This document shows, piece by piece, positions 1-13,246 of a DNA stretch of 64,000 bases. A program made the position numbers and the translations under genes. The DNA is from Octopus bimaculoides (lineage: Eukaryota): NCBI RefSeq assembly GCF_001194135.2, contig NC_068982.1, positions 111,991,098 to 112,055,097 of the forward strand, in the 5' to 3' direction. Below the pieces are notes generated by a model that saw nothing but the letters and a program-made list of their open reading frames with translations, made no database searches and had not been told where the DNA came from. The first letter of the stretch is position 1. Every line of letters starts with the position of its first letter.

Positions 1-143
1 ATCAGAATTTAGTTAAGCAAATTTTACGTTCTCAGTTCGAATCTAACGCTGCCAACTTTCCAGGGAGAAAAAAAGTATTAGTCAGGTTCTTGGATTCGAT
101 ATTCTTATTTGCTCAGTACCACAAAATTCGTATACTGGTGCCT

Positions 144-210
144 TTCTTCTTCTTCTTCTTCTTCTTCTTCTTCTTCTTCTTCTTCTTCTTCTTCTTCTTC
201 TTCTTCTTCT
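144..210. repeat. (TCT)n microsatellite
   Basis: Read directly. Confidence 0.97.
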
Positions 211-2924
211 ATTTTGTGTATTTGCAGTGACTTTTCTCATTTTATAGAATATTTCACTATATTCTGTATTGTCTTATTGTACTTTATACGGTGTCCATTG
301 TTTAACTCTCAGTCCCCCTCCTACTAGTCCTTGGAGGCATTTAGTGTATTTCACTCAGTCGCAGACATACAGGTCAAGTTTTCGGTTTGAGGATATGTCA
401 GTTTTGTCCCACAAGTTTCCGTTGGAAGCTTTCAAATGGTTATAGGTGATACCCATTTTCCTCTGAGTAAATGTATGGAATCATAAAGAAAAAAAATGGA
501 AATAAAATTGTCTGCATACACTTGCCTAACATTCCAAGTTTATTCTATAGAAATCATAACCGTCTACTGCATATTACTAACATTGATTGCTAACCCGGTT
601 AGAAAAGGTGAATACATTACAAGGAGTTGAGATATCGAAGCTAAAGTAGTCCCCAGTTATACTTGAAGTTAGAATGTAAAAGGGGGTGTAATTAAACATA
701 ACAAGGTATTTAATCCGGCGACCTTAGTAACTGTGCAATTATGCTAGTTATCGTTTCAAGCATTAGACATATTGTTCTAAATTCTATTAATCATTTCGAA
801 GATTCTATTAACTTTTAGAAGTATTTTCGGAGGAATAAAATAGAAATGTTTTTTTTACAAAGAAGAAATTTCTTTCTTTCTTTCTTTCTTCATTTAAAAC
901 TTTCTAAATCTTTCTGAACACCAAAAGAAAGAGGTATAATCAACAAATGCATCAAACAAAATACACGCAAAAAAGAACGAAAACAATAATTTCTGTAGGA
1001 TGTTATATTTTTATGCAGCTCGTGGGGTGAGGTAGGGGTAAGACAGACGAAGGTTGTCGTGGTGGTGGGGAAATGAGAGATAATGATGAATTATTGATAA
1101 TTTAATTTGTTAATCAATTGTAAAGAGACAAAAAGCTAGTAAAAGATTGATCAAATTAAAACAAAAGCTGCAATAGGTGCCGAATATCCTTAAGTCACGT
1201 TGGCACATATATGATCTTCCTTTTCCAATCCCATTCTTTCAAAAAATAGCAATATTCAATCGATCGCAGTCGCTCACCTGCCTAGTAAGATGGCGGTTAC
1301 ATGAGGATGTGCAGTGGGAGGGTGTAAAATTAAGAAATAATTATTGCATTGATCGACAGAGCTAGGGAAGTGAGAAAACCAACATCGATAAATAAATGAA
1401 ATTTTTTGATTTGAAATAGAAATGATAAAAAGAAATATAAACAACGAAATTAAAATGCTACAACAAAAAGAAATGATACAAGAAAAAGGTTTTGAAACGA
1501 GAAAATCAAAGAAAAAATGGATTACTTGAAAACTTTATGGAAATAGCTGAGATGGATACATATGGAAATGGCGTAATACATCTTACCTTTATAGCCACTT
1601 TTACTTCTACTATTTTGTTTTTAGAGATCTGTATTTTAAACAGACCTAATTTTTATTGATAACTTACATTTTAACATTTTCCAACATTTAAGATTTCCAA
1701 CAGATTGTTCGCGACACTGTGAGGAAACTTTTCCTTGGCTGTTTATTTTTCGAAACATTATTAAAGAAAAACTGCTTCTTCACACAGCAGGGTTCTAAAG
1801 CTTTCTATTCCACCTAATAATACTTCCCCTGCTAGTCTTCTACTGAACTCCTCAGTCGACCGACGAAATTTCTATGTATCAACTTTCTATCTACTTATTT
1901 TCCCTAAAATAACTTCCAATGACTGATTTCATGCATACAAATTCGACATAATTGAGAATTTTTAAACTTAAATAATATAAATAAATAATTATAAATAATT
2001 GAATATGTTATGCAAATAAATAATGTTTGCTATGTTCAATTGCATTCGTATTTTATTAAGACTAAGGGGTTACTTATGTCTGTGTTCAGCGGCTGAAATT
2101 TTCAAAAGCATTTATTTTGTTTTTTTATATATGATTTTATGATTTTACATACTCTGTCTTCCGAATAAGTCGAACATGTCAATGAGTGCTACTGATTCAC
2201 TTAGACAAGTTCTAGAGCGAAGCGATTTAATTTACTAAGTATTTTTCTTGACAGCTCTTAAAATATGACATCACAAAAAGAAACTGTTTTGTTCTTTTTT
2301 CTTCTTTTCTTCTTTTTCTTTTATCGATTACCGTCCCAAATACAAAGAGTGAATATATAGAACTGTTAACAATATTTAAATCAAGAATCTTTATATGTTA
2401 TTCGTTCATTCTCATCATCACGACCAACATCATCATCAACACCACATCCAAACACCCCTATAACCACCGTCATCGTCATCATCATCAATACCACCACTAT
2501 CACCATCGTAGTCAAACTTTTTATTATCATCATCATCATTGTCTTACTCTAGTCTTCAATACCCCTCAATCACCCTAACTCCTGCTACATAGCTTTACCG
2601 TTCATTGATTTTATCCAACTATTTCTTGATCTGCACAAATGGATCGAGCAAAACATCCATGTCCATGATTCTTCGTCCTCGCCCCTCGAGTTATTCAATT
2701 ATAAAATATTATTTGAATTGCTGTCAAACATTAGGAAAGAACCAGAGAGGAAAATTGCATTTACTAAACAAATTTCAACTCAGGAAAATATCAAAATGAT
2801 TTCTTTAAAGGCAGTTCATTGACTACACTGGAACCAGTATGCACGCCACGGCAGCTTGTTCGTTGGTTCTTACAAATATAACTTTTATTAGCGTATGTGA
2901 ATATATATATGGATAAAGATTCAT

Positions 2925-2969
<45 letters not shown>

Positions 2970-3567
2970 GTTTCTGATTTAATCACAAGGCTAGCGACCC
3001 AGTAGTTGCCTGGTATCNNNNNNNNNNNNNNNNNNNNNNNNNNNNNNNNNNNNNNNNNNNNNNNNNNNNNNNNNNNNNNNNNNNNNNNNNNNNNNNNNNN
3101 NNNNNNNNNNNNNNNNNNNNNNNNNNNNNNNNNNNNNNNNNNNNNNNNNNNNNNNNNNNNNNNNNNNNNNNNNNNNNNNNNNNNNNNNNNNNNNNNNNNN
3201 NNNNNNNNNNNNNNNNNNNNNNNNNNNNNNNNNNNNNNNNNNNNNNNNNNNNNNNNNNNNNNNNNNNNNNNNNNNNNNNNNNNNNNNNNNNNNNNNNNNN
3301 NNNNNNNNNNNNNNNNNNNNNNNNNNNNNNNNNNNNNNNNNNNNNNNNNNNNNNNNNNNNNNNNNNNNNNNNNNNNNNNNNNNNNNNNNNNNNNNNNNNN
3401 NNNNNNNNNNNNNNNNNNNNNNNNNNNNNNNNNNNNNNNNNNNNNNNNNNNNNNNNNNNNNNNNNNNNNNNNNNNNNNNNNNNNNNNNNNNNNNNNNNNN
3501 NNNNNNNNNNNNNNNNNNNNNNNNNNNNNNNNNNNNNNNNNNNNNNNNNNNNNNNNNNNNNNNNNNN

Positions 3568-3653
<86 letters not shown>

Positions 3654-3916
3654 GCATATATATATTTGTGAGAGCGTGTGTGTGTCTATGTATACATGTT
3701 TCTGTACCGTCTCTATCTGCAACACCAGTTTACGCGAAAATTCTAAATGAAAAATCACGTAATATTTGCGTTTTTAGACATTGGAGAGGTACTTCATCAG
3801 ACTTGCATCAAAGGTGTGCTATAACATTGTGCATCCTTTAGACCTTGTTGTTAGGAAAATATCAAGAGGAAATAAAAAAGAAAGTCTTCAACCCCTTTAA
3901 TTCCAGATATCATTTC

Positions 3917-4267
3917 TATATAAATTACATTCTCAGAGGCACAAGTGAAGTTGGTTTTAACTGTGAATCTCTCTGCTTGTTTGAAAAGTGACCTCTGAGA
4001 ATCTAATTTATGTAATAACCTGCTCGGGTTGTGGACATGACTATATACGACAGACGAGTATCACATTAAGACGGAGAACCACTCTACATAAAGAGCAGGT
4101 CCTGTCCCGCAATACAGACAGATTGCATTAAGTGAACACATAGAGAGATGTGCAGGTAACACGAAACAAAATTTCAGAGTTTTCTCCTTCTACAATTACA
4201 AGAACGTTTAAATAAAGAAAATTTATTCATCGAAAAATACAGAATACGTCTAATTATGTACGCATAA
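3917..4267. mobile_element. Penelope-like element GIY-YIG endonuclease / 3' fragment with inverted 5' portion
   Basis: Plus strand 3988-4267: TSENLIYVITCSGCGHDYIRQTSITLRRRTTLHKEQ / PQYRQIALSEHIERCAG / QERLNKENLFIEKYR (frameshifted). Minus strand 3986->3917: FKQAERFTVKTNFTCASENVIYI, the immediately upstream part of the same domain. NxIY.ITC..C...YI(G)QT is the PLE-type GIY-YIG signature. Confidence 0.82.
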
Positions 4268-4727
4268 CCAACTTTGATCTCTATACATATTTTAATTTGC
4301 GATTTCATACATTGTACATATTTCTCCCTACTATTCTAGTTTTTGAATTTATATATATATATATATATATATTCCCCACCACCGAAAGATGAACAATTAT
4401 CTCCCCTGTCCACAATAATAACGATAACCAATTACCCCCCACCCCCTTAGATTTTTCTACTTGTTAAATCATTCATTCATAAATTCCACACACAACATGG
4501 ATAAAAAGATTTTTCAAGAAAATACGTATTCAAGTAAATTTTAATATCATGATTAGGGAAAGCGAAACCGGTCAACAAACACAATATAAGATATATTGAA
4601 AATTATATTAAAACCATGTAAAGTGTGTGCATTTTCCTCCTTTAATTNNNNNNNNNNNNNNNNNNNNNNNNNNNNNNNNNNNNNNNNNNNNNNNNNNNNN
4701 NNNNNNNNNNNNNNNNNNNNNNNNNNN

Positions 4728-4766
<39 letters not shown>

Positions 4767-5408
4767 ACCCCTCAGCAGCCAATATAGCCCACAACAGTAT
4801 TGAGTAAACAACTGAGGAGTGAACTACATAGAGAAAATCGTATCAAAATGGTATAAGGTTATTAGAGACTTTGTTTCAACCAGCATTGACAAGTTTAGGG
4901 GTGCAAAGCAAAGGAGAAAAGCAGCATCAAATATACCGCTTGCACTGACCTTTAATTCCCATTCTTGCAATATCTGCGGGCCTCTTTGCAAATTGTTGGC
5001 GTGACTCAGATGGCACATTCGACATAAGCATTTTGACCGACAAATAAAGTGTCATAGGTCGAAACCGACGGGAGAGTTCATCATATACATGTACTTAGAC
5101 ACAAATACCACACACACACACACACACACACATACACACACGTGTGTGTGTGTGTGTGTGTGTGTCCATGATGCATAAAAGTTTCAAGTCCTAATATTTT
5201 TTAACTCGATTGAATTAGACATGGTCCTAGTCAATAACGGACGACAAAAAGCTATCTATGATATCTTAGTTATCTTTTGAAAGGAAACCTATGGCTTGTT
5301 TATGTAGCTAGGTATGCAAACCGGTACGTATGCATGCATGTATGTATGTATGTATGTATGTATGTATGTATGTATGTATGTATGTATGTATGTGTGTATG
5401 TATGTATG

Positions 5409-5442
<34 letters not shown>

Positions 5443-5796
5443 TATTTATAAATGTATATGTATGTACAAGCATTCAAGTAACTCCGAAAGCAATGAGTAG
5501 AAAAAATAAATCAAGAAAACTTTCTTACGTTTTTGTTTATGTATTACTAATTCATAAATTCTATATCCAAAATGAAGGAAAATAATGACGTTGTTTAAAG
5601 ATTTCTGTTGGCCAATTCTTGGTTCACTGCGTTTGTGGCATCGGGACTAATAAGGCTTTATCAATTCGGTACAAATGACAGGTTTGTTGTCGATGTTTAC
5701 TATTATATATGCTTACTATTATACATCGTTCAAATATGTGCACATAAATGTCACACCGTTTATGGTGTTAATAGCTTCGCATATGAGGTAAGCCTA

Positions 5797-6039
5797 GGCA
5801 GGTTCAGACACAAAATATGCTGGTCGTTGTAGTACACGCATTATGAAAATAACTTCTTTGTACGACGACAGTGTGTAGCCGGAACTTCTGGCTGACGAGA
5901 CACTGCAGGTCGAAGCATCAGTTTCTCAGTATGCTGTGAGCGAATGAGCCGAGTCTGTCAAACACACTGTTGTCGTAAAAGGGAGAAGTTTTTCTCTTAT
6001 GACCTACAGCGACCAGCACATTTTGTATCTGAACCTGTC
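5797..6039. repeat. Fold-back inverted repeat (about 80-bp imperfect arms, 85-bp spacer)
   Basis: 5797-5876 matches the reverse complement of 5962-6039, e.g. CAGGTTCAGAYACAAAATRTGCTGGTCGYTGTAG and TACGACRACAGTGTGT. Confidence 0.85.
5892..5919 (+). ncRNA. Decayed hammerhead-like motif inside a fold-back element
   Basis: CUGACGA-GAC-(ACUGCAG)-GUC-GAAGC-AUC. Core box and 3-bp stem II are present; GAAAC reads GAAGC; stem I is not evident. Confidence 0.35.
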
Positions 6040-6088
6040 TGGCCAATTTAAGAATAAATACGAAACTTTTTCGTTGAACACCCACACA

Positions 6089-6100
6089 CGCGCGCGCGCG

Positions 6101-6171
<71 letters not shown>

Positions 6172-6183
6172 ACACACACACAC
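6089..6183. repeat. (CG)10 joined to (CA)n, alternating purine-pyrimidine tract
   Basis: Read directly: (CG)10 at 6089-6108, then the CA repeat. Confidence 0.95.
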
Positions 6184-6830
6184 AATTAAATAAATACTGG
6201 AATTAAAGAGATACAAAGTTAAAGAAATCTCAGTGCTGATTTTAAAGAAACATTTCTATTTGTAGCTTGATATTCTGTCTTTATATTTCAATTAGTTTTA
6301 GCATAATATACCCATTCCGATAATGTGAGGTAAAACTTCACATTCAAAACCTTTCATTGTTTAGTCAGCTGTCATACAATGTACTTAAAGAGAAACAATT
6401 AAGAAATCCTTTGTTTTAGATCTATTTGTTTAACTTTGGGATCTTTCTGTCTCTGTGTTCATCTAAACCGTTTTATGTTTGTGTATGTACGTCTGTTGAG
6501 ATATACACATATATTCGTCTGTCTACTGGAATGATATGAATAATATGTAGAATTATCAAAAAATAAAAATAGGAAGGTAAAATGTCTGTTGTGAGCTTCT
6601 GAAATCGTACTACATTAGGGTGAAAAAAACCCAGCTTGTTGAATCAATTTATTTTCATTTATATAAGGAAATGTCAACAGATTTCTGAAAGAAGGGAAGT
6701 CACTTTGATTCTATTAGTATTTAAGGCATAAAGTAATACATGAGAAAAGAAAAGAAAATATAGTGTTGCTTGTCAATCTGAACATGAAGGTGGAACACAG
6801 ATTAGCCCATCCTGTTACGTATGTATCTGC

Positions 6831-6871
<41 letters not shown>

Positions 6872-7113
6872 GTCTGTGACAATATGTGTCGTTCGCCGGA
6901 AATCCCAAAGTTATAGTGCAACTAACAGTTTCACTAAAACATGGCTCTTCGTGTACTGTTTCTTATTCCACCCTTATATAGTTTGTTTCTTATAAGAGAG
7001 GTAAATTATTTTATTCTGCTTAAATCTTAGAGCATGCATTCTCATTCGTATTCAGTTATGTTTGGTTTAATATTACTTTTGCTCCTGCAGATGTATAAAT
7101 ACATGCGTGCATG

Positions 7114-7155
<42 letters not shown>

Positions 7156-7165
7156 AGATATCTGA

Positions 7166-7201
<36 letters not shown>

Positions 7202-7656
7202 GTATACACAAGTATGTGCTTGTATGTCTTCATGCATTTCAGTATATTACACATAAGAGCACGCGTGCGCGCACACAGACACACACGGATTGATACAGCA
7301 AATTTTGTAATCGTTAACGGTGGGCGTGTGTTTCTTAAGACAACAATCTTATTGGTACCACCCCTTTTGGTTACCTCTCTGATCTACTCACTACTGCACA
7401 TGCACACACCCATGTATGCACACATACATACACACACACATATATGCATATACTGGTGTGTTTGTGTGTGTATATACATGTAAAAATTCTATCGTTTCAA
7501 CTTGATATATTGTAACCTTAAACTTAAGTCCGGTTGATGTTCTTATATTCTACAGTGCAGCATAGTAGCAGCTGCGACATTCCATAATGACAAGATGAGA
7601 AAAAAATGAAGTTAGAAGGGAGATACAGAGATAGGGGGAGAGAGAGAACAACAAAC

Positions 7657-7694
<38 letters not shown>

Positions 7695-8042
7695 NNNNNN
7701 NNNNNNNNNNNNNNNNNNNNNNNNNNNNNNNNNNNNNNNNNNNNNNNNNNNNNNNNNNNNNNNNNNNNNNNNNNNNNNNNNNNNNNNNNNNNNNNNNNNN
7801 NNNNNNNNNNNNNNNNNNNNNNNNNNNNNNNNNNNNNNNNNNNNNNNNNNNNNNNNNNNNNNNNNNNNNNNNNNNNNNNNNNNNNNNNNNNNNNNNNNNN
7901 NNNNNNNNNNNNNNNNNNNNNNNNNNNNNNNNNNNNNNNNNNNNNNNNNNNNNNNNNNNNNNNNNNNNNNNNNNNNNNNNNNNNNNNNNNNNNNNNNNNN
8001 NNNNNNNNNNNNNNNNNNNNNNATATACATACATAAGTCTAT

Positions 8043-8660
8043 CGAGGTGGACAAAGTAAGAAGAGAGAGAGAGTGGGGGAGAGAGGCAGGGAGAGAGTCA
8101 AACAGATAGATTGAGAAACTGAGATTGAGAGATTTAAAAGTAAGTAGACGAAAATTAAAATTCACTGAATCTGAAAGAAACAAACAAAAACAAATGAGAT
8201 TTTTAGAAAGTGGGATGTGGCAAAACTTCAGTAAAGAAGAAGAGGAGAGGGGAGACCACCTTGACAAAAAAAAAATAATAAGCGAAGAAAGAGTAGAAGA
8301 AATGACTGCAGAAGAAGCAAAAGGAGAAAAAGGAAAAGAGATAAGAGGTGGAGGAGAAGGAGAAGTAGTAAAAGTAGCATAGTGGCAGTAGGAAAATAAC
8401 TGGAAGAAATGGAAAACTATAAGAAGGGGAAAAGGAGAAAAGGAAAGAGTGAGAAACAGGAGAAAGAAAAGAGAAATATTGATGAAAAGGTATGAACCTC
8501 TCCAAATAAAAGCAATAAAAAATATATGCAGAAAACGTATAAGAAATTCAAAATGAGGCAATACTAAGACTTCCGGTATAACAGAGAGAAAGAGAGGGTG
8601 AAAGAGAGAGAGACTGAGGAAGCAGGAGAAACACATACATGGCAGAGAGGCAGAGAAAGA

Positions 8661-8703
<43 letters not shown>

Positions 8704-9345
8704 GGAGACAGAGGAAGACAGAGATGGGTGGGGAGATCAGAGTGAGGGAGATAGAGAAGGTGAGAGATTTAAAAAGAAGGTGAGATTAGAGAGGGAGTGA
8801 GTGGAAGCCGGGTTAAATTTGTAATATGAGAGAGGTGAAAGACTGCCATTGGATATGGAGTTGAGGGAGAAAAGGGAAGAGTCGATATATATATAAGAAA
8901 GAAAAACAAAAGAATCTTAAATTAATAAAACAAAATTTGGGAATGAAGGGAGGTGAATGTGGAGCGAGAGATAAAGTTATGGAAAGATAGAAAGAGGTGA
9001 GAAAGAGAGATAGAGAGAGGGGGGAGAGAGAAGGGAGAGAGAGAGAGAGAGAGAAGGGAGAGAGAGAGAAGGGAGAGAGAGAGAAGGGAGAGAGAGAGAA
9101 GGGAGAGAAAGAGACGGGCAAAGATAAGTAAGATGGAATATGAGAAAGAAAAGAGGGCGTGAGAGTGTGAGAAACCAGGAGAGATAAGCTAAGAGAAATA
9201 GAGAGTAGAGAGAACGAGAGAGAGATAGAGAGATAGAGAGATAGAGAGATAGAGAGATAGAGAGAGAGAGATGAGAAAGAGGAGTGGGACAAAGTGAGAG
9301 AGATAGATAGATAGAGAGAAAGAGGGGGAGAGAACCGGTGATAGA
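8043..9345 (+). repeat. About 1.3-kb purine-rich (GA) low-complexity tract
   Basis: Strongly A/G-biased plus strand with (GA)n, GAGAGAGAAGGGAG-type and GAGATAGA units. Confidence 0.9.
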
Positions 9346-9463
9346 GTGAAACAGAAAACCGCGTAAATTAATATATATATATATTTATAAACTTAGGTTG
9401 GTTTTTGTTTCTCTATCTCTCACTCACTTTCTCTATCTCTCTTTCTCTCTCTATCTCTCTCTT

Positions 9464-9496
<33 letters not shown>

Positions 9497-10137
9497 CACA
9501 CACACACAGAAACATGTTTATACATACACATACACGCATGTATAAAGAACGAAAAATAAAAAAGAAACCTAATATGCTAGTGAGAAGGAGAGAAAGATTT
9601 CAATAGCAAGAGAAAGAGAGAGATAGATAGAGAGAGAGACAGATTGAGTAAGAGAGAAAGGAAGAGAGATAGAAGGGGGAATAGGATAGGATGAGGGTAA
9701 AGGTAAGGGAGAAGAAAAATCAACATTAAGGTGGCAGTCGAGAGATATAATATCAGCTGACACCAAAAGCACAAAAAAAACGATAAATAAATAAAAAATA
9801 AAAACGGAAAAAAAGGAAAAAAAAAATCAAAGAAAACAACCGAAGTATGGTGAAAGAAAAGTCGCTTAGGATGTTACAAGGTGAAGTGAACAGCAGACCA
9901 GAAATGGTGCAGAAGATGGAGACGGTGTAGTGAGGTGTACATTTGAAACGGAAGTACATACGATCGTTAAACAAGCCTGCAATCAGCAACATTTTGTCTT
10001 CTACATTTTGACACATACTTTAAAGTATACCTGAAACTTCACTCAAATTACCCATACACGAGCTAACGCTAATAGATGCCATGCGACGATTCCCACCAAC
10101 ATATACGCATACACACACATACACATACGCAGTCACA

Positions 10138-10169
<32 letters not shown>

Positions 10170-10296
10170 GAGTCACACACAGAGTCCATGTGCCTGTCTG
10201 TCGATCTGCCTGCTTGTCTATACATGTGTCTGTCTCTCTTTGTTCACACACATGTTGGTATGTATGTATATGCATGCATATATGTATATATATATA

Positions 10297-10639
10297 TACT
10301 CTTTTACTCTTTTACTTGTTTCAGTCTTTTGACTGTGGCCATGCTGGAGCACCGCCTTTAGTCGAGCAAATCGACCCCAGGACTTATTCTTTGGAAGCCT
10401 AGTACTTATTCTTTCGGTCTCTTTTGCCGAACCGCTAAGTTACGGGGACATAAACACACCAGCATCGGTTTTCAAGCGATGTTGGGGGGACAAACACAGA
10501 CATACAAATACATACACACATACATATATATATATACATATATACGACAGGCTTCTTTCAGTTTCCGTCTACCAAATCCACTCACAAGGCATTGGTCGGC
10601 CCGAGGCTATAGTAGAAGACACTTGCCCAAGATGCCACG
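10297..10639 (-). mobile_element. Octopus-type SINE (CORE-like segment, internal microsatellite, AAAAGAGT-repeat tail); 5' end lost at a gap
   Basis: The minus strand starts CGTGGCATCTTGGGCAAGTGTCTTCTACTATAGCC (CORE-like TTGGGCAAGT) and ends GACTGAAACAAGTAAAAGAGTAAAAGAGTA. A near-identical tail occurs at 31384-31492. Confidence 0.8.
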
Positions 10640-11921
10640 NNNNNNNNNNCGCATGCGCACACATATACACGACATATTATTTCCGTTCTGTGCAGCCATT
10701 CGATCCTGAGACAGTTTCAGTAAAATATCCGTTATTCTCTAAGAAGTGTCTAAGAAAGCTGCTTGGTAAATTCGTCTTCGTTTCTGGAGAAAGGGAGACA
10801 ACCGTTTCGAAGGGTAACGTAACAGATTCCGAAAAGAAGGGAGTGAGAGAAGGAGAGGCACACACATAGGGAAAGGAAGCGGGAGGTACACACATAAGGA
10901 AAAAGAAAGAGAGGGATATATATATATATANNNNNNNNNNNNNNNNNNNNNNNNNNNNNNNNNNNNNNNNNNNNNNNNNNNNNNNNNNNNNNNNNNNNNN
11001 NNNNNNNNNNNNNNNNNNNNNNNNNNNNNNNNNNNNNNNNNNNNNNNNNNNNNNNNNNNNNNNNNNNNNNNNNNNNNNNNNNNNNNNNNNNNNNNNNNNN
11101 NNNNNNNNNNNNNNNNNNNNNNNNNNNNNNNNNNNNNNNNNNNNNNNNNNNNNNNNNNNNNNNNNNNNNNNNNNNNNNNNNNNNNNNNNNNNNNNNNNNN
11201 NNNNNNNNNNNNNNNNNNNNNNNNNNNNNNNNNNNNNNNNNNNNNNNNNNNNNNNNNNNNNNNNNNNNNNNNNNNNNNNNNNNNNNNNNNNNNNNNNNNN
11301 NNNNNNNNNNNNNNNNNNNNNNNNNNNNNNNNNNNNNNNNNNNNNNNNNNNNNNNNNNNNNNNNNNNNNNNNNNNNNNNNNNNNNNNNNNNNNNNNNNNN
11401 NNNNNNNNNNNNNNNNNNNNNNNNNNNNNNNNNNNNNNNNNNNNNNNNNNNNNNNNNNNNNNNNNNNNNNNNNNNNNNNNNNNNNNNNNNNNNNNNNNNN
11501 NNNNNNNNNNNNNNNNNNNNNNNNNNNNNNNNNNNNNNNNNNNNNNNNNNNNNNNNNNNNNNNNNNNNNNNNNNNNNNNNNNNNNNNNNNNNNNNNNNNN
11601 NNNNNNNNNNNNNNNNNNNNNNNNNNNNNNNNNNNNNNNNNNNNNNNNNNNNNNNNNNNNNNNNNNNNNNNNNNNNNNNNNNNNNNNNNNNNNNNNNNNN
11701 NNNNNNNNNNNNNNNNNNNNNNNNNNNNNNNNNNNNNNNNNNNNNNNNNNNNNNNNNNNNNNNNNNNNNNNNNNNNNNNNNNNNNNNNNNNNNNNNNNNN
11801 NNNNNNNNNNNNNNNNNNNNNNNNNNNNNNNNNNNNNNNNNNNNNNNTATAATAAACCATATAAATGTGTATACGTATGTATGTATGTTTGCATGTATGT
11901 ATGTATGTATGTATGTATGTA

Positions 11922-11953
<32 letters not shown>

Positions 11954-11984
11954 AATATGTATATATATATGTATGTATGTATCA

Positions 11985-12015
<31 letters not shown>

Positions 12016-12687
12016 TGTATGTATATATATGTATGTAGTACTCCATCCATTGAGAGATAAATGCCTAAATGCTATCTTAATATACACAATTTACAATAAA
12101 GCTACTAATAGTTTCATGCTTTAGAGATACAATAATTTGGCAGATTTCCAACACACTTCTTAATTCCAGATCCGAATGTTTTTGAAAATGCAAGCACACG
12201 GTCAAGTTTCTGTTATCAAACTGGAGAACACCACTTGCTCCGGATTGAGTAGCTATCTCAGACTCTGGATTCCTCCCCGTTAAATCATTATACAGCAGCT
12301 AGATTAATTATAACTTCAACATACAAAGGGGACGAAAGTCTTCGTCTTCTTACTTTTCTATTCTTTCTTCTTGTTCTACTTTTTGCATCAACCTTCATCG
12401 CGTATTTTTTCTCATTTTTTATCATGCGTTTACATAGACCAACGTCATGGTTTTAGATACGTTCTAAAAATATGCACTGATATTGAAAGATTGCTTAGAA
12501 ATACAAGGTATAATATATAAATCCGCTAAATTATTTTATCTATGAAGTATGAAATTATCACTAACTCTTTTGTAAATTGTGTACGTTAAATGACATATAT
12601 CTAAATGATATATACATACATTCGCGTATGCATACATACACACATGCTTACACATACACACACTCGCACACACACGCATTCACACAC

Positions 12688-12795
<108 letters not shown>

Positions 12796-13148
12796 TAAGA
12801 AGATATATTTATTCACAGATATTTACCTTACATGTTATATACACCTTCTATATAGCTCCTCCTTCCTTTATTTCACGTTTACAAATTACTACTTAACTTT
12901 ATATATTAAAAATCCAATAAATTTACAGCTATTTATGGTCGTTTTCAACCGATGTTTTATTTCTGTGTATTTTTTTTTAAAACCAAAATTTCATTTCTAA
13001 TTTTTCAAATACGAATATTATTCCTCTAAAAATCAATAAAATTACTGAAATGAAGATTAGTAATAAAAACACGAACAAGAACAATGTGACATTGACTACA
13101 GCAACAATAACGGTAACAACAACAAAAACAACAATAACATCAACAACT

Positions 13149-13163
13149 ATAATAATAATAATA

Positions 13164-13246
<83 letters not shown>
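13149..13246. repeat. (AAT)n microsatellite
   Basis: Read directly. Many further (CA)n, (TA)n, (TATG)n, (GA)n and (TATC)n tracts occur throughout the window. Confidence 0.97.

Noticed and set aside
7524-9292. Hydrophobic Leu/Ser/Phe ORFs and Arg/Glu ORFs
   Set aside because: Translations of the GA/TC low-complexity tract.
9753-10920. Exon-like segments near 9.9 kb and 10.7 kb
   Set aside because: Plausible acceptors, but no consistent donor and no recognisable peptide.
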